This document shows positions 7,382 through 16,672 of a DNA stretch of 64,000 bases, one piece after another. The stretch is from assembly GCA_032124675.1 (NCBI GenBank), contig JAQBDA010000315.1, forward strand, positions 7,800 to 71,799, read 5' to 3'. A model generated the notes under the pieces. It did no database searches. It saw only the letters and a program-made list of their open reading frames with translations, and was not told the origin of the DNA. The translations under genes and the position numbers were made by a program. Source of the DNA: Chloroflexota bacterium. GTDB lineage: Bacteria; Chloroflexota; Anaerolineae; Anaerolineales; UBA4823. Position 1 is the first letter of the stretch; the number at the start of each line of letters is the position of its first letter.

Positions 7382-9058
7382 TTACGCTTCGGGCATCAGG
7401 AACGGCTCGCCCATGGTGATGCCATCCACCAGGATGCGCATGGTGGTGGAATTTTCTGGCAGGAGCTGCTGCCAGCTGAAGCGGCGCAGGTGGATGAAGC
7501 CCATGCGCGGTGCGGCCTGGATGTAATCATCCAGGGGGAGCGAGGCACGGTAGAGCTGGTAGTAGAGGAACCGGCGGGCATTGCGCCGGAACTCCGGCGG
7601 TGCCTGGAGAGAATCTGCCTGGAGGAATTTCTCCGCCCGGTGCGTGAACTCCGCGATGCTCTGAGGGAAGGTGACAATCGGGTATTGAGTGTAGCGCGCC
7701 TTCCCGCCGCACAGCACGCTGGCGCCCATCAACGCTGCCTCCATCCCGATAGAGGAGTTGTAGACGATGACGAACTTGGCGCGCTGTATCAGTTCGTAGG
7801 AGCTGATGAATTCCTGCGGGTCGATGAAGACCACATTGGGCAGGCTGTCAACCTGGTTGTCCTGCACCCACTGGCTCACGCTCTCATTGCTCAGCTTGCG
7901 CGTCCCGGCGCGCAGCTCATCCGGGTGAGCGCGTATGACGAACAGCGTCTCCGGGTGGGTGCGGAAGATGTCCAGCAGAACATCCAGCCAGGCGAACATA
8001 TTGTTGAAGATCACATTGGCATGCACCTGGCTGGTGTCGTAGACTACGTTGGTAAACACCGGTACGACCTGGTCGAACTGGGCGGCTTTGCGTAGTAGTC
8101 CCTCGTCCAGGCCGCGCATCTCCGGCCAGAACTGGATGCCTGCCATGCTGAACTTGCCCTGGAAGCGCTTCTCCAGATACGCATCCAGGCGGGCATTCTG
8201 CTCGTCATCCAGGTCGAAGCTTTCCGGAATGTCGAGCGGGTACGCAGTTGGCTCGCCTTCGGTGAAAAATGTCGAATACTGTTGGAAGCCAACTTCGTGG
8301 GCAACAGGACGCACGCCCATCTGCCGGGCGGTCCAACGAGCGGCTGCCTCCGGGTAGAGCGCGCCGTTGAAGATCACCGCCGTTTGCGGCTGCACCTGTT
8401 CCAATAGGCTTGCGAACTCCACCACGACCCGGTAAGCCGAAAGAATGTACTGGCGCAGCAGGTAGCGGGTGGGTTCGTCATCCGGCAGCGTGTGGCGGCG
8501 CAGCGCCCAGCGGATGGAGGGCAGGATGAGCGAGCCAAGGGGCACCGGGGGCAGGGATGAAGGGGGTAGGGGCGTAGGGGTAAGGGATGGATCGAGCGGT
8601 ATGGTGTACGTGAAGCGGCTCAATTCTTCCACATTCAACCCCTGCAGGGCAGCTTCCAGGTACGGGTCAGGCTGGTAGCCGAATGTGCGTGCATCGGCAC
8701 CGTGGTAGAAACGCTGCGATTGTGCCACACAGGTCTCACAGGGGGGTCTGGAAGTGTAATCAGCCCGGTCCGTGCCCAGCACGCAGGGCTGCAGCCCTGC
8801 CAGGCAGACGAAGTGCAACACAGGTACGCCCGACAGGCGCAGGCTCCAGCCTGCGAGCAGGGCGAAGGCCGCGTTAAGGCTCAGACCGGTCAGGCGGGTA
8901 GAGGCGTTGAAGATCACCACCGGAGGCTGGTCTGGATCTACCCAGGCATGCATGGCAACCTGGCGTGCCAGACCGGCAATTGTCCTGCGCTGCTGTAAGC
9001 TGTCGCCCTTCAGGCGCAGGCGGGTGATGAGAGATTGATTTTGCTGCATTTGGGTCAC
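7382..9058 (-). CDS. Capsule_synth (KpsC/KpsS)-like GT-B transferase with HP motif; candidate ulosonic-acid transferase
   Basis: 558 aa. VIRAHPDE followed by VIVYNSSIGMEAALMGASVLCGGKARY, resembling the HP...S-x-x-G-x-E-A signature of capsule-synthesis/beta-Kdo transferase families. Paralog of 33399-35015. The track start 9058 is GTG; ATG alternative at 9049. Confidence 0.55.
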   Translation of the reverse strand: MTQMQQNQSLITRLRLKGDSLQQRRTIAGLARQVAMHAWVDPDQPPVVIFNASTRLTGLSLNAAFALLAGWSLRLSGVPVLHFVCLAGLQPCVLGTDRADYTSRPPCETCVAQSQRFYHGADARTFGYQPDPYLEAALQGLNVEELSRFTYTIPLDPSLTPTPLPPSSLPPVPLGSLILPSIRWALRRHTLPDDEPTRYLLRQYILSAYRVVVEFASLLEQVQPQTAVIFNGALYPEAAARWTARQMGVRPVAHEVGFQQYSTFFTEGEPTAYPLDIPESFDLDDEQNARLDAYLEKRFQGKFSMAGIQFWPEMRGLDEGLLRKAAQFDQVVPVFTNVVYDTSQVHANVIFNNMFAWLDVLLDIFRTHPETLFVIRAHPDELRAGTRKLSNESVSQWVQDNQVDSLPNVVFIDPQEFISSYELIQRAKFVIVYNSSIGMEAALMGASVLCGGKARYTQYPIVTFPQSIAEFTHRAEKFLQADSLQAPPEFRRNARRFLYYQLYRASLPLDDYIQAAPRMGFIHLRRFSWQQLLPENSTTMRILVDGITMGEPFLMPEA

Positions 9059-9091
9059 TGGGATGCGGATGGGGAGACCGTTTTATGCAAA

Positions 9092-10981
9092 CTATGCCTG
9101 GCGGCGGGCTTCGAAATAGGCCTGTGAGAGCCGCTGTATGGCGATCAGGAAGCCCTCGCCCTGTCGTTGGTGGCCGCGCCAGATCTCAGGGATCATCGTG
9201 CCGTGATAATCACCGATGACCTGGAAGAACTGCACCCAGTCGATGGTGCCTTCGCCGATCTGCAGGCCTTCCCCGTCCAGCCCGGCGCCATCCGCCAGGT
9301 GCAGGTGGCGGATAAAGGGAAGCAGAATCCGCACCTGCTCGTAAAAATCAGCATGCGCCCAGTTGCAGTACAGCTTGGTGTGGGAAGTATCGAAGCACAT
9401 ATTAAGCCCCATGGAAGTGATAAAGTCGCGGATCTCGTGAGCGTCCATGAAGGCGTTGGTCAGCCACTGCCCGCCGAAGTACCAGGGGTGCGGGGGCAGG
9501 TTTTCCAGCAGCAGCTCGACGCCGTCGTAATCCAGCTCGTTCACCGAGCGGCGCAGGTTATCGTAGAGCTTATCGCGCTCCAGGACGGGATGGTCCAGGC
9601 TCATAGCTCCGGGGTGGATGACGACTTTAGGTGTGTCGGTGAAGCAGGGCGCCATCTCGCGAGTCAGGTTGATCGATTTCTGCATCAGCTCGACCGAGTC
9701 ACTGCGCTGGCGTTCGTTCAGCGAGCACAGGTCGACCAGTGTGCGGTCCCAGAATTCGGGGGCGTGCACGACCAGCTTGAGCGCATGTTTCCCACCGGGG
9801 TAATGTTCGTCCAGGTCCTGGTCGGTGAAGTGGTACTCCAGCATGCGCGGTTTATATACCAGCATGTCTTCGTAATCCCGGAAGCGAACGGTGAAACCGT
9901 ATTCCATGGGCAGGATTTGATCGGCATCCAGGGTGATGTGGATGCCCAGGTCGCGCTCCAGAAACGGCTCATCCTGCTCGATCACCCGTTCGGATGTACG
10001 ACCCACCAGCTCCGCGTAGCGCTGCGGGGAGATGCCCAATGCAGGTCCTTTGACCGAGACCAGTTCAGACGTGATCACCTCGCCGGGCTGGATCGTGCGT
10101 GCTGCGACCAGGCTCTTGCCGAGCACCTCACGGTTCAGGATCTCGCCGCGGGAGATGAACTTCTCCTCCCCGGTGCCGAGCGCCATCCCAACCTGGCGGA
10201 TATCGCGCACCAGTTTATTGAAGCCTTGCGGCTCGAGGCTGGCAGCATGGTCCGGCCCGTCCATCGTGCGGTCGAGGGTGACGTGGCGTTCGATGATAGA
10301 TGCTCCCATAGCTGAAGCTACCGTGGAGACGGCAATGCCGCGCTCGTGACCCGAGTAACCTACCGGCACGCCAAAGCGGCGCAGCTGGTGCATGAAGCGC
10401 AGGTTGATGTCTTCGAAGGCAGCCGGATAGGTGCTGTTGCAATGCAGCAGCGCGAACTCCGCCCTGCGTTCTCTCAGGAAGCTGGCAGTGATCTCCACTT
10501 CTTCCATGCGCGACATGCCGGTGGAAAGGATGAGCGGCTTTTTCTTCTTTGCCAGATGAGACAGCAGGGGCAGGTTGGTCAGGTCGGCGGAAGCGACCTT
10601 GTAAGCAGGTATGCCCAACTTATCCAGGAAATCGGCGCTTTCGATGTCGAATGCCGAGCACATGAAGGTGATCTTCCTGGCACGGCAGTAATCGACGATG
10701 CGGTGGTATGCCTCATCGGAAAGCTCCACAGTCTGCAAGATCGGCAGCAGGTAGCGCAGGGTCTTTTCACCGGCGTTGGCGTTCTCCAGGTATTTTTTGG
10801 CATACAGATTGTCCAGGACTCGCTTCTGGAACTTGACCGCGTCAGCGCCCGCTCTGACCGAGACGTCGATTAGCTCGATCGCCAGATCGATCAGACCGTT
10901 GTGGTTGACGCCGATCTCTGCGATGATATATGTGGGCTGTCCATCACCGACCAGCCGGTCGCCGATATGGATCAAAGGCAT
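9092..10981 (-). CDS. NeuB-family nonulosonic acid synthase with SAF domain fused to a C-terminal xylose-isomerase-like TIM-barrel (sugar phosphate isomerase/epimerase) domain
   Basis: IIAEIGVNHNG, KFQKR and GYSGHERG (NeuB). GKSLVAARTIQPGEVITSELVSVKGP (SAF). C-terminal VVHAPEF, VIHPGA, LLLENLP, FDTSHTKLY and HLHLADG pattern (AP_endonuc_2-like TIM barrel). ATG 10981 has GGAGG 5 nt upstream, so the track's extra 15 codons were trimmed. Confidence 0.8.
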   Translation of the reverse strand: MPLIHIGDRLVGDGQPTYIIAEIGVNHNGLIDLAIELIDVSVRAGADAVKFQKRVLDNLYAKKYLENANAGEKTLRYLLPILQTVELSDEAYHRIVDYCRARKITFMCSAFDIESADFLDKLGIPAYKVASADLTNLPLLSHLAKKKKPLILSTGMSRMEEVEITASFLRERRAEFALLHCNSTYPAAFEDINLRFMHQLRRFGVPVGYSGHERGIAVSTVASAMGASIIERHVTLDRTMDGPDHAASLEPQGFNKLVRDIRQVGMALGTGEEKFISRGEILNREVLGKSLVAARTIQPGEVITSELVSVKGPALGISPQRYAELVGRTSERVIEQDEPFLERDLGIHITLDADQILPMEYGFTVRFRDYEDMLVYKPRMLEYHFTDQDLDEHYPGGKHALKLVVHAPEFWDRTLVDLCSLNERQRSDSVELMQKSINLTREMAPCFTDTPKVVIHPGAMSLDHPVLERDKLYDNLRRSVNELDYDGVELLLENLPPHPWYFGGQWLTNAFMDAHEIRDFITSMGLNMCFDTSHTKLYCNWAHADFYEQVRILLPFIRHLHLADGAGLDGEGLQIGEGTIDWVQFFQVIGDYHGTMIPEIWRGHQRQGEGFLIAIQRLSQAYFEARRQA

Positions 10982-11050
10982 GAGTACCTCCACAAGTGAA
11001 TTAAACGATAATGGAAAATCGAGCATCGAGAGTAATGGGTGAACGGTTCT

Positions 11051-11809
11051 CTATTCTCTATCATCGACTCTCTTAATCTCAAATCCCAACCCCTGAAAGG
11101 TGATCTCCCCGCTCTCCAGCAAACGTTCTGCGCGCCGCCAGTCATCAGGCGAGTCAATATCGATCCACTCGCTGGCCTCGATCTCCAGGGGCAGGATGCG
11201 CTCGCCGGTCATCGAGTTCTTCTCTAGAATGGTTTTCGACCAGGCTGCATCCACATAGCCCGTCTGCCAGTATACTTCCTGGAGAGCCTGGCGGGGCAGG
11301 TTGTAGGGCTCGGGATGTTCTATCTGGATCAGGGGGGTCATAAAGCCGTCGTTAGCGATCTGCCACATTTTGAACGGGTTCTGGAACGGCACGCACACCG
11401 TGCGTACGGCGTTCGCTTCAGGGCGATCAAGCAGCCTGTGCACTGCCTGGTCGATGTGCCGGACACGGCGTAAGGGCGAAGTCGGGCGCAGCTGGACGAT
11501 CATCTCGGGACGGTAGCCCTCGTTCTCCCTCAGCCAACGCAGGGCGTGCTGGAAGACCGGCAGGTCGGGGGTATCATCCTGCGAGAATTCTTCCGGGCGC
11601 ATGAAGGGCGTCTCTGCGCCGTACCGGCGGGAGATGGCAGCGATCTGCTCATCGTCAGTGGAGACGACCACCCGGTTGACCGTCTCGGCGGCTAAGCCGG
11701 CGGCGATGCTGTAAGCGATCAGCGGGTGCCCGGCGAAAGGGCGGATATTCTTGCGCGGGATGCTCTTAGAGCCACCGCGGGCGGGGATGATAGCCAGGAC
11801 TTCAGTCAT
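11051..11809 (-). CDS. acylneuraminate (CMP-NulO) cytidylyltransferase family protein
   Basis: 252 aa. N-terminal AIIPARGGSKSIPRKNI signature of the CTP_transf_3/NeuA family. Confidence 0.85.
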   Translation of the reverse strand: MTEVLAIIPARGGSKSIPRKNIRPFAGHPLIAYSIAAGLAAETVNRVVVSTDDEQIAAISRRYGAETPFMRPEEFSQDDTPDLPVFQHALRWLRENEGYRPEMIVQLRPTSPLRRVRHIDQAVHRLLDRPEANAVRTVCVPFQNPFKMWQIANDGFMTPLIQIEHPEPYNLPRQALQEVYWQTGYVDAAWSKTILEKNSMTGERILPLEIEASEWIDIDSPDDWRRAERLLESGEITFQGLGFEIKRVDDRE

Positions 11810-11860
11810 TAAGATTACCGGTTAGCCCAGCTATCAGGTGGCAACCTACCGGGTAGCCAG

Positions 11861-12679
11861 CTACCATGTTGTCCAGCCGCCGTCTACCACCAGGTTGGCA
11901 CCGGTCATGTACGCCGAGGCATCCGAGGCCAGGAAGAGCAGCGCACCGTTCATGTCGTCTTTGTAGGCCATGCGCCCCAATATCGCCTGGGCGGAGTAAG
12001 CGCGCACGAAATCCTGGTCGTGGTCGTTGAAGACACCGCCTGGGGAGAGAGCGTTGATGCGGATATTCTTCCCAGCGAAGTAGGCTGCCAGGTACTGGGT
12101 CAGCCCGATCACGCCGGCCTTGGTCACCGAATAGTAGACCGGCTTGTACTGCGGCGGCTGGCCCTCACGCTGGTACAGGCGCTGGTCGGGAGCGGTCAGC
12201 CCGTAGATGGATGAGAGATTGACCATCACCCCCCGGCCCTGATCCAGCATGGGGCGGGCGGCAGCCTGGCAGCACAGGAACATGCCGGTCAGGTTCACCC
12301 TCAACGCCTGTTCCCAGGCCTCCAGCGGGTAGTCTTCGAAAGAATTGGTATGCCCGCCGTGTTGGGGATCGAATTTCGGGTCCAGCACGGCGCTGTTGAC
12401 CAGGATATCCAGGCTGCCGAACTGGCTCAGGGCGGCGTCCACCATCTGCCCTACGGATTGCGAGTCTGCGACATCCGTGGGTAAGCTGATCGCCTGGTGC
12501 CCATCCTGGGAAAGCGTACCTGCTAGCGAAGCAGCTCGATCCGCATCGATGTCGGCGATCACGACCCGTGCCCCGGCCTGCGCCAGGGTGCGGCAGAACT
12601 CTGCCCCCAGCAGGCCGGCGCCGCCGGTGACCAGCGCTGTGCGATCGCTCAGGTCGAATAATTTTGGTAGATTGGACAT
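11861..12679 (-). CDS. SDR family oxidoreductase
   Basis: 272 aa. TGGAGLLG cofactor loop and catalytic YSVTK (YxxxK). Confidence 0.85.
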   Translation of the reverse strand: MSNLPKLFDLSDRTALVTGGAGLLGAEFCRTLAQAGARVVIADIDADRAASLAGTLSQDGHQAISLPTDVADSQSVGQMVDAALSQFGSLDILVNSAVLDPKFDPQHGGHTNSFEDYPLEAWEQALRVNLTGMFLCCQAAARPMLDQGRGVMVNLSSIYGLTAPDQRLYQREGQPPQYKPVYYSVTKAGVIGLTQYLAAYFAGKNIRINALSPGGVFNDHDQDFVRAYSAQAILGRMAYKDDMNGALLFLASDASAYMTGANLVVDGGWTTW

Positions 12680-12745
12680 AAGAGGGTGGAGAGGCTGGGT
12701 GGCAGCCAGGCACTCCCTACTGCCACCCAGTATGGTTGACGATGA

Positions 12746-14521
12746 TCAGGTTGTTACCGGGGATACCTGCTCCGCCGGTTCCTGTTCCGCATTGCCATTT
12801 CCGTCGGGCATCAAGAAACCGCGCTCTTCCAGATACTTCACAATGATGCGTGCGTTCTCATCGGGAGAAGTCTGCACGGTGTATAGGGTGATCTCCGGGT
12901 TCACCGGCTCTTCATACGGGTCATCCACCCCGGTGAAGCCGGTGATCTGACCGCGGCGGGCACGGGCGTAGAGGCCCTTCACATCACGCTGCTCGCACAC
13001 GTCGATGGGCGTATCCACATACACCTCGATGAAGCGTTCTTCGCCGACCATCTTGCGCGATTCGTTGCGCGTGGAGCGGTAGGGGCTGATGGCGGCGCAG
13101 ATAACTGCCCCGCCGTGGCGGGCGATCTCGCCAGCCACGAAGCCGATACGCAGGATATTGGTATCTCGGTCCTCTGGCGAAAACCCAAGACCTTTCGACA
13201 GGTGTGTGCGGACGACGTCGCCGTCCAGCACGGTAATTTGCTTGCCGCGCTCCAGCAGCAGCGAGGTGAGCACTTCGGCAGTGGTCGATTTTCCCGACCC
13301 GCTCAGACCGGTGAACCAGATGCAGAAGCCCTGTTTGTGGCGCGGCGGGTACATCTGCTGCAGGATGTCCGATGTCTCTCTGCGGGTGAACCACTCGGGC
13401 AGCGAGACGCCTTTGGCGAGGTATTCTTCGCGCACCTGGGTGCCGGAAATCTCGAAGACGCGGGCATCTTCAGGTACCTTGGTATGCTCCTCGTAGCGTT
13501 CGTCATCCGCCAGGTAGACGAGATTTTTGAACTCAAGGGGATGCACGCCTAGCTCTTCCCCATACTGAGACATCATCGCCTGCGCTTCATATGGACCGTA
13601 GAACGGACGACCCTGGCTGTCGCTGCCAGGACCCGCATGGTCGCGCCCGATGATGAAGTAATTGGCGCCATAATTGCGGCGGATGATTGCGTGCCAAAGG
13701 GCTTCTTTTGGTCCCGCCATGCGCATGGCAAGCGGCAGCAGGCTGAGCATGGTTTTGCTTGAATCGTAGTAGTTCTCTACCAGGGCGCGGTAGACACGCA
13801 CCCGGGTGTAATGGTCGACATCGCCGGGCTTGGTCATGCCGACGACCGGGTGGATGAGCAGGCTGCCCTTCACCTCTTCGGCGGCGCGCTTGGTGAGCTC
13901 TTCATGGATGCGGTGCATCGGGTTGCGGGTCTGGAAGGCGACCACATTGGCATTGCCCATGCCATCCAGAGCGCTGCGCACCTGAGCCGGTGTGCGGCGC
14001 AGCTCGATGAAATCGTTATACCTTGGCAGGTCGAGCACTTTCAGCTCTCCGGATACGTAAACCTTGCCCCAACGTCCCATCTCCGAGATCAGTGGGTGGC
14101 GGGAGTCGGTGGTGCCCAGGACCAGGCGCGCCTCCCGCTGCGGATCGTAGTGGTACACCTCTTCGATCTGCATCACGGCGATGGTGTTGTTGCGCGAGTC
14201 GCTGAGCGTGATTTGCTCACCCCAGGTGGGCAGGGCGTTCTCTTCGACCGGCAGCGTCACCGGGATGGGGAACAGGGTGCCGTCGTTGAGGCGCATTTCG
14301 GTCAGCACGCGCTCATAGTCAGCTTTCTTCATAAACCGGTCCAGCGGGGAAAACGCGCCGGTTGCCAGCAGCTCCAGGTCGCACATGGCACGTGCGGAGA
14401 TCTGGACCGAAGGCAGACGCCTGGATCGTTCCTGAAGCTCCTGGCGTTCATCGCCGCTGATCATCAAGTTGACCAATGGTCCTCCATACGGGCTGACCAG
14501 TTTTTTATTCGCTTTTGTCAT
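12746..14521 (-). CDS. sat/cysC: bifunctional sulfate adenylyltransferase / adenylylsulfate kinase (PAPS synthase)
   Basis: 591 aa. ATP-sulfurylase blocks QTRNPMHRIHEEL and GRDHAGPG. C-terminal APS-kinase P-loop FTGLSGSGKST. Confidence 0.9.
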   Translation of the reverse strand: MTKANKKLVSPYGGPLVNLMISGDERQELQERSRRLPSVQISARAMCDLELLATGAFSPLDRFMKKADYERVLTEMRLNDGTLFPIPVTLPVEENALPTWGEQITLSDSRNNTIAVMQIEEVYHYDPQREARLVLGTTDSRHPLISEMGRWGKVYVSGELKVLDLPRYNDFIELRRTPAQVRSALDGMGNANVVAFQTRNPMHRIHEELTKRAAEEVKGSLLIHPVVGMTKPGDVDHYTRVRVYRALVENYYDSSKTMLSLLPLAMRMAGPKEALWHAIIRRNYGANYFIIGRDHAGPGSDSQGRPFYGPYEAQAMMSQYGEELGVHPLEFKNLVYLADDERYEEHTKVPEDARVFEISGTQVREEYLAKGVSLPEWFTRRETSDILQQMYPPRHKQGFCIWFTGLSGSGKSTTAEVLTSLLLERGKQITVLDGDVVRTHLSKGLGFSPEDRDTNILRIGFVAGEIARHGGAVICAAISPYRSTRNESRKMVGEERFIEVYVDTPIDVCEQRDVKGLYARARRGQITGFTGVDDPYEEPVNPEITLYTVQTSPDENARIIVKYLEERGFLMPDGNGNAEQEPAEQVSPVTT

Positions 14522-14573
14522 ATTGCTGATACTCCTGATATTAGATTAGGGTTTTCGAATAATTGCAGCGCAG

Positions 14574-15446
14574 TTAATGATTGCGGCGCAGTTTGTTACG
14601 GGCTTTCATTTCGCTTTCGTATACTTTTTTCTCGCCATCGCCCATGGCGGTCTCGATCACGCGGATGTCGCGTATAAGACGCATCAACCCCCACGGTTCC
14701 ACCGAAGCTGCCTGGTCGCTGCCCCACATCGCCCGGTCCAGGGTGATGTGGCGCTCGATGAAGGCAGCCCCCAGGGTCACGGCGGCGTAGGTGGTCTGCA
14801 GACCGACCTCATGCCCTGAATAGCCAACCGGGCAGTTGAATTCAGCACCCAGGCTGTGGATCATGCGCAGGTTAAGCTCCTCCGGCGGGCAAGGGTAAGT
14901 GCTGGTGCTGTGGGCGATGAGCAGATTCTCGCGTTCGAGCTGACCCACCGCTGCCTTGATCTCATCCATGGTGGACATGCCGGTGGACAGGATTGCCGGT
15001 CTTGCAGTGCGGCGGATCCTCTCCAGCAAAGATGCGTCCGTCAGGCAGGCAGAGGCGATCTTGTAGCAGGGGGGCGAAAACTGCTCGATGAATTCCACCG
15101 AGTCTTCATCCCAGCAGGAGGCAAACCACTGGATGCCTTTCTCCCGGCAGTAGCGATCGATGGCGGCATACCCCTCCTGGCTGAATTCGACCTTGTGACG
15201 GTAATCCAGATAGCTCATCAACCCCCAGGGGGTTTCACGTATCACATTCTGGTATTCTGGGGGTACGGCTTTTATCGGGGTGCGTTTCTGGAATTTGACC
15301 GCATCACAGCCCGCCATCACTGCTACATCGATCAGCCGCCGGGCGATATTCAAATCCCCATTGTGGTTGATGCCGACCTCGGCAATGATAAAGGTCGGGT
15401 TTCCCTCGCCTACCCAGCGCTCTCCAATCTTAATGGCTGCTGCCAT
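14574..15446 (-). CDS. NeuB-family synthase lacking the SAF domain (candidate sugar-phosphate-using NulO-9-P/Kdn-9-P-type synthase)
   Basis: 290 aa. IIAEVGINHNGD, AVKFQKR and GYSGHEVG. Ends shortly after the TIM barrel, with no SAF/antifreeze-like tail. Confidence 0.8.
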   Translation of the reverse strand: MAAAIKIGERWVGEGNPTFIIAEVGINHNGDLNIARRLIDVAVMAGCDAVKFQKRTPIKAVPPEYQNVIRETPWGLMSYLDYRHKVEFSQEGYAAIDRYCREKGIQWFASCWDEDSVEFIEQFSPPCYKIASACLTDASLLERIRRTARPAILSTGMSTMDEIKAAVGQLERENLLIAHSTSTYPCPPEELNLRMIHSLGAEFNCPVGYSGHEVGLQTTYAAVTLGAAFIERHITLDRAMWGSDQAASVEPWGLMRLIRDIRVIETAMGDGEKKVYESEMKARNKLRRNH

Positions 15447-15488
15447 TCGTACTCCTTTTCAGTTTCATCATGCAGGATTGCCTGCCCT

Positions 15489-16664
15489 CTATCTGCCAGC
15501 CTGCATCTCGAGGATCAGCTCGCATATCTCGCGGATAGCCCCATCGCCGCCGCGGTGCTCCAGCACGATATCTGCAACCGCCATCACCTTGGGATAAGCA
15601 TCCGCCGGGGCGACGGCACAGCCCACGCGGGTCATGCAGGGCAGGTCATTGTCATCGTTGCCAACATACACCACAGAAACCGGGTCGATGCTGCGCTCTG
15701 CCAGCCAGGCTTCGAGTGCGGGCCATTTATCTTGAATGTCCTGCAGGCAGGGCAGATCGAGCTTGCCGGCACGGGCGGCGACCACCGGATTGGGTTCGGT
15801 GGAAAGCACCAGCATCGGCAGCCCGCTCTTTTTCAGACGACCGATCCCCCACCCATCGCTGCGGTCGCAGACTACTGCTTCACGCCCATCCTGGAATACG
15901 AGCACCTTGTTATCGGTGAACACGCCGTCGAAATCCAATACCAGAGCGCCGATCTCTTCCGGCAGGGCGCTGGTCTGACGCATGCGCCCCTGCTGGCTGA
16001 CCAGCGCTTCGGCGATGGTGAAATCTACCGGGTTGTCGATCTCCAGGCGGCGTTCGGCGGGCATCTGGTACAGGGCTGTCTTGCCGAAGAAGCGGTGCTG
16101 CGCCTGCAGGAAGCCGGGGACGCGCATTACATAAACCGCGCCGGTCTCCAGGTACTGCGCCTCGCGCTCCTGACGCAGTGGGCGCACAGTTTTGCTGTGG
16201 TTGAGTCCGATGGCATCGCCGGACGGGTCATTCTGCCAGAGAAAGTAATGAAATGGGATCACTGCCAGTCCACTGTCCGCTCCGGCATCCAGCAGCGCCT
16301 GGATGGTTCCGTCGATATCCTCAGCCTGGGTCAGCGGGGATGTGCATTGCAGGAATGCCAACAAGTCGGGCTGGTAGCCCTCGGTCAGGGATAGATACTC
16401 CAGGGCGTGCAGCAGGGCCGACTCGGACGAAGCGCTGTCTCCGCTGATATCTGCCGGGCGCCAGACGACTTCAGCCCCATATTGCTGGGAGATGGCACCG
16501 ATCTCGGTATCATCGGTCGAAACTACCACGCGATCCACCAGGCGAGCCCGCAGTGCCGCCTGGATGCTGTAAGCGACCAGCGGCACCCCTAATAGGGGCA
16601 GAATATTTTTGCGCGGGATGCCCTTAGACCCACCTCGGGCAGGGATAACGAGCACACATTTCAT
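15489..16664 (-). CDS. bifunctional CMP-NulO cytidylyltransferase / HAD-IIIA (KdsC-type) phosphatase
   Basis: N-terminal VIPARGGSKGIPRKNI (NeuA family). C-terminal VLDFDGVFTDNKV ... GNDDNDLPCM (DxD nucleophile and GDxxND of KdsC/YrbI-type phosphatases). ATG 16664 chosen; the track start 16676 is GTG in a GTGA overlap and remains possible. Confidence 0.8.
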   Translation of the reverse strand: MKCVLVIPARGGSKGIPRKNILPLLGVPLVAYSIQAALRARLVDRVVVSTDDTEIGAISQQYGAEVVWRPADISGDSASSESALLHALEYLSLTEGYQPDLLAFLQCTSPLTQAEDIDGTIQALLDAGADSGLAVIPFHYFLWQNDPSGDAIGLNHSKTVRPLRQEREAQYLETGAVYVMRVPGFLQAQHRFFGKTALYQMPAERRLEIDNPVDFTIAEALVSQQGRMRQTSALPEEIGALVLDFDGVFTDNKVLVFQDGREAVVCDRSDGWGIGRLKKSGLPMLVLSTEPNPVVAARAGKLDLPCLQDIQDKWPALEAWLAERSIDPVSVVYVGNDDNDLPCMTRVGCAVAPADAYPKVMAVADIVLEHRGGDGAIREICELILEMQAGR

Positions 16665-16672
16665 CTTATTGC

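Noticed and set aside
9167-10315. 382-aa plus-strand ORF
   Set aside because: It is antisense to the NeuB-SAF-TIM fusion gene. The composition is low-complexity (D/Q/V/H/A-rich) and no domain signature is present.
14856-16394. 512-aa plus-strand ORF, the largest plus-strand ORF inside the cluster
   Set aside because: It is antisense to the NeuB homolog (14574-15446) and the NeuA-HAD fusion (15489-16664), both of which have unambiguous family motifs. Its translation is Arg/Ala/Gly/His/Leu-rich with no motif. This is a typical shadow ORF of GC-rich DNA.
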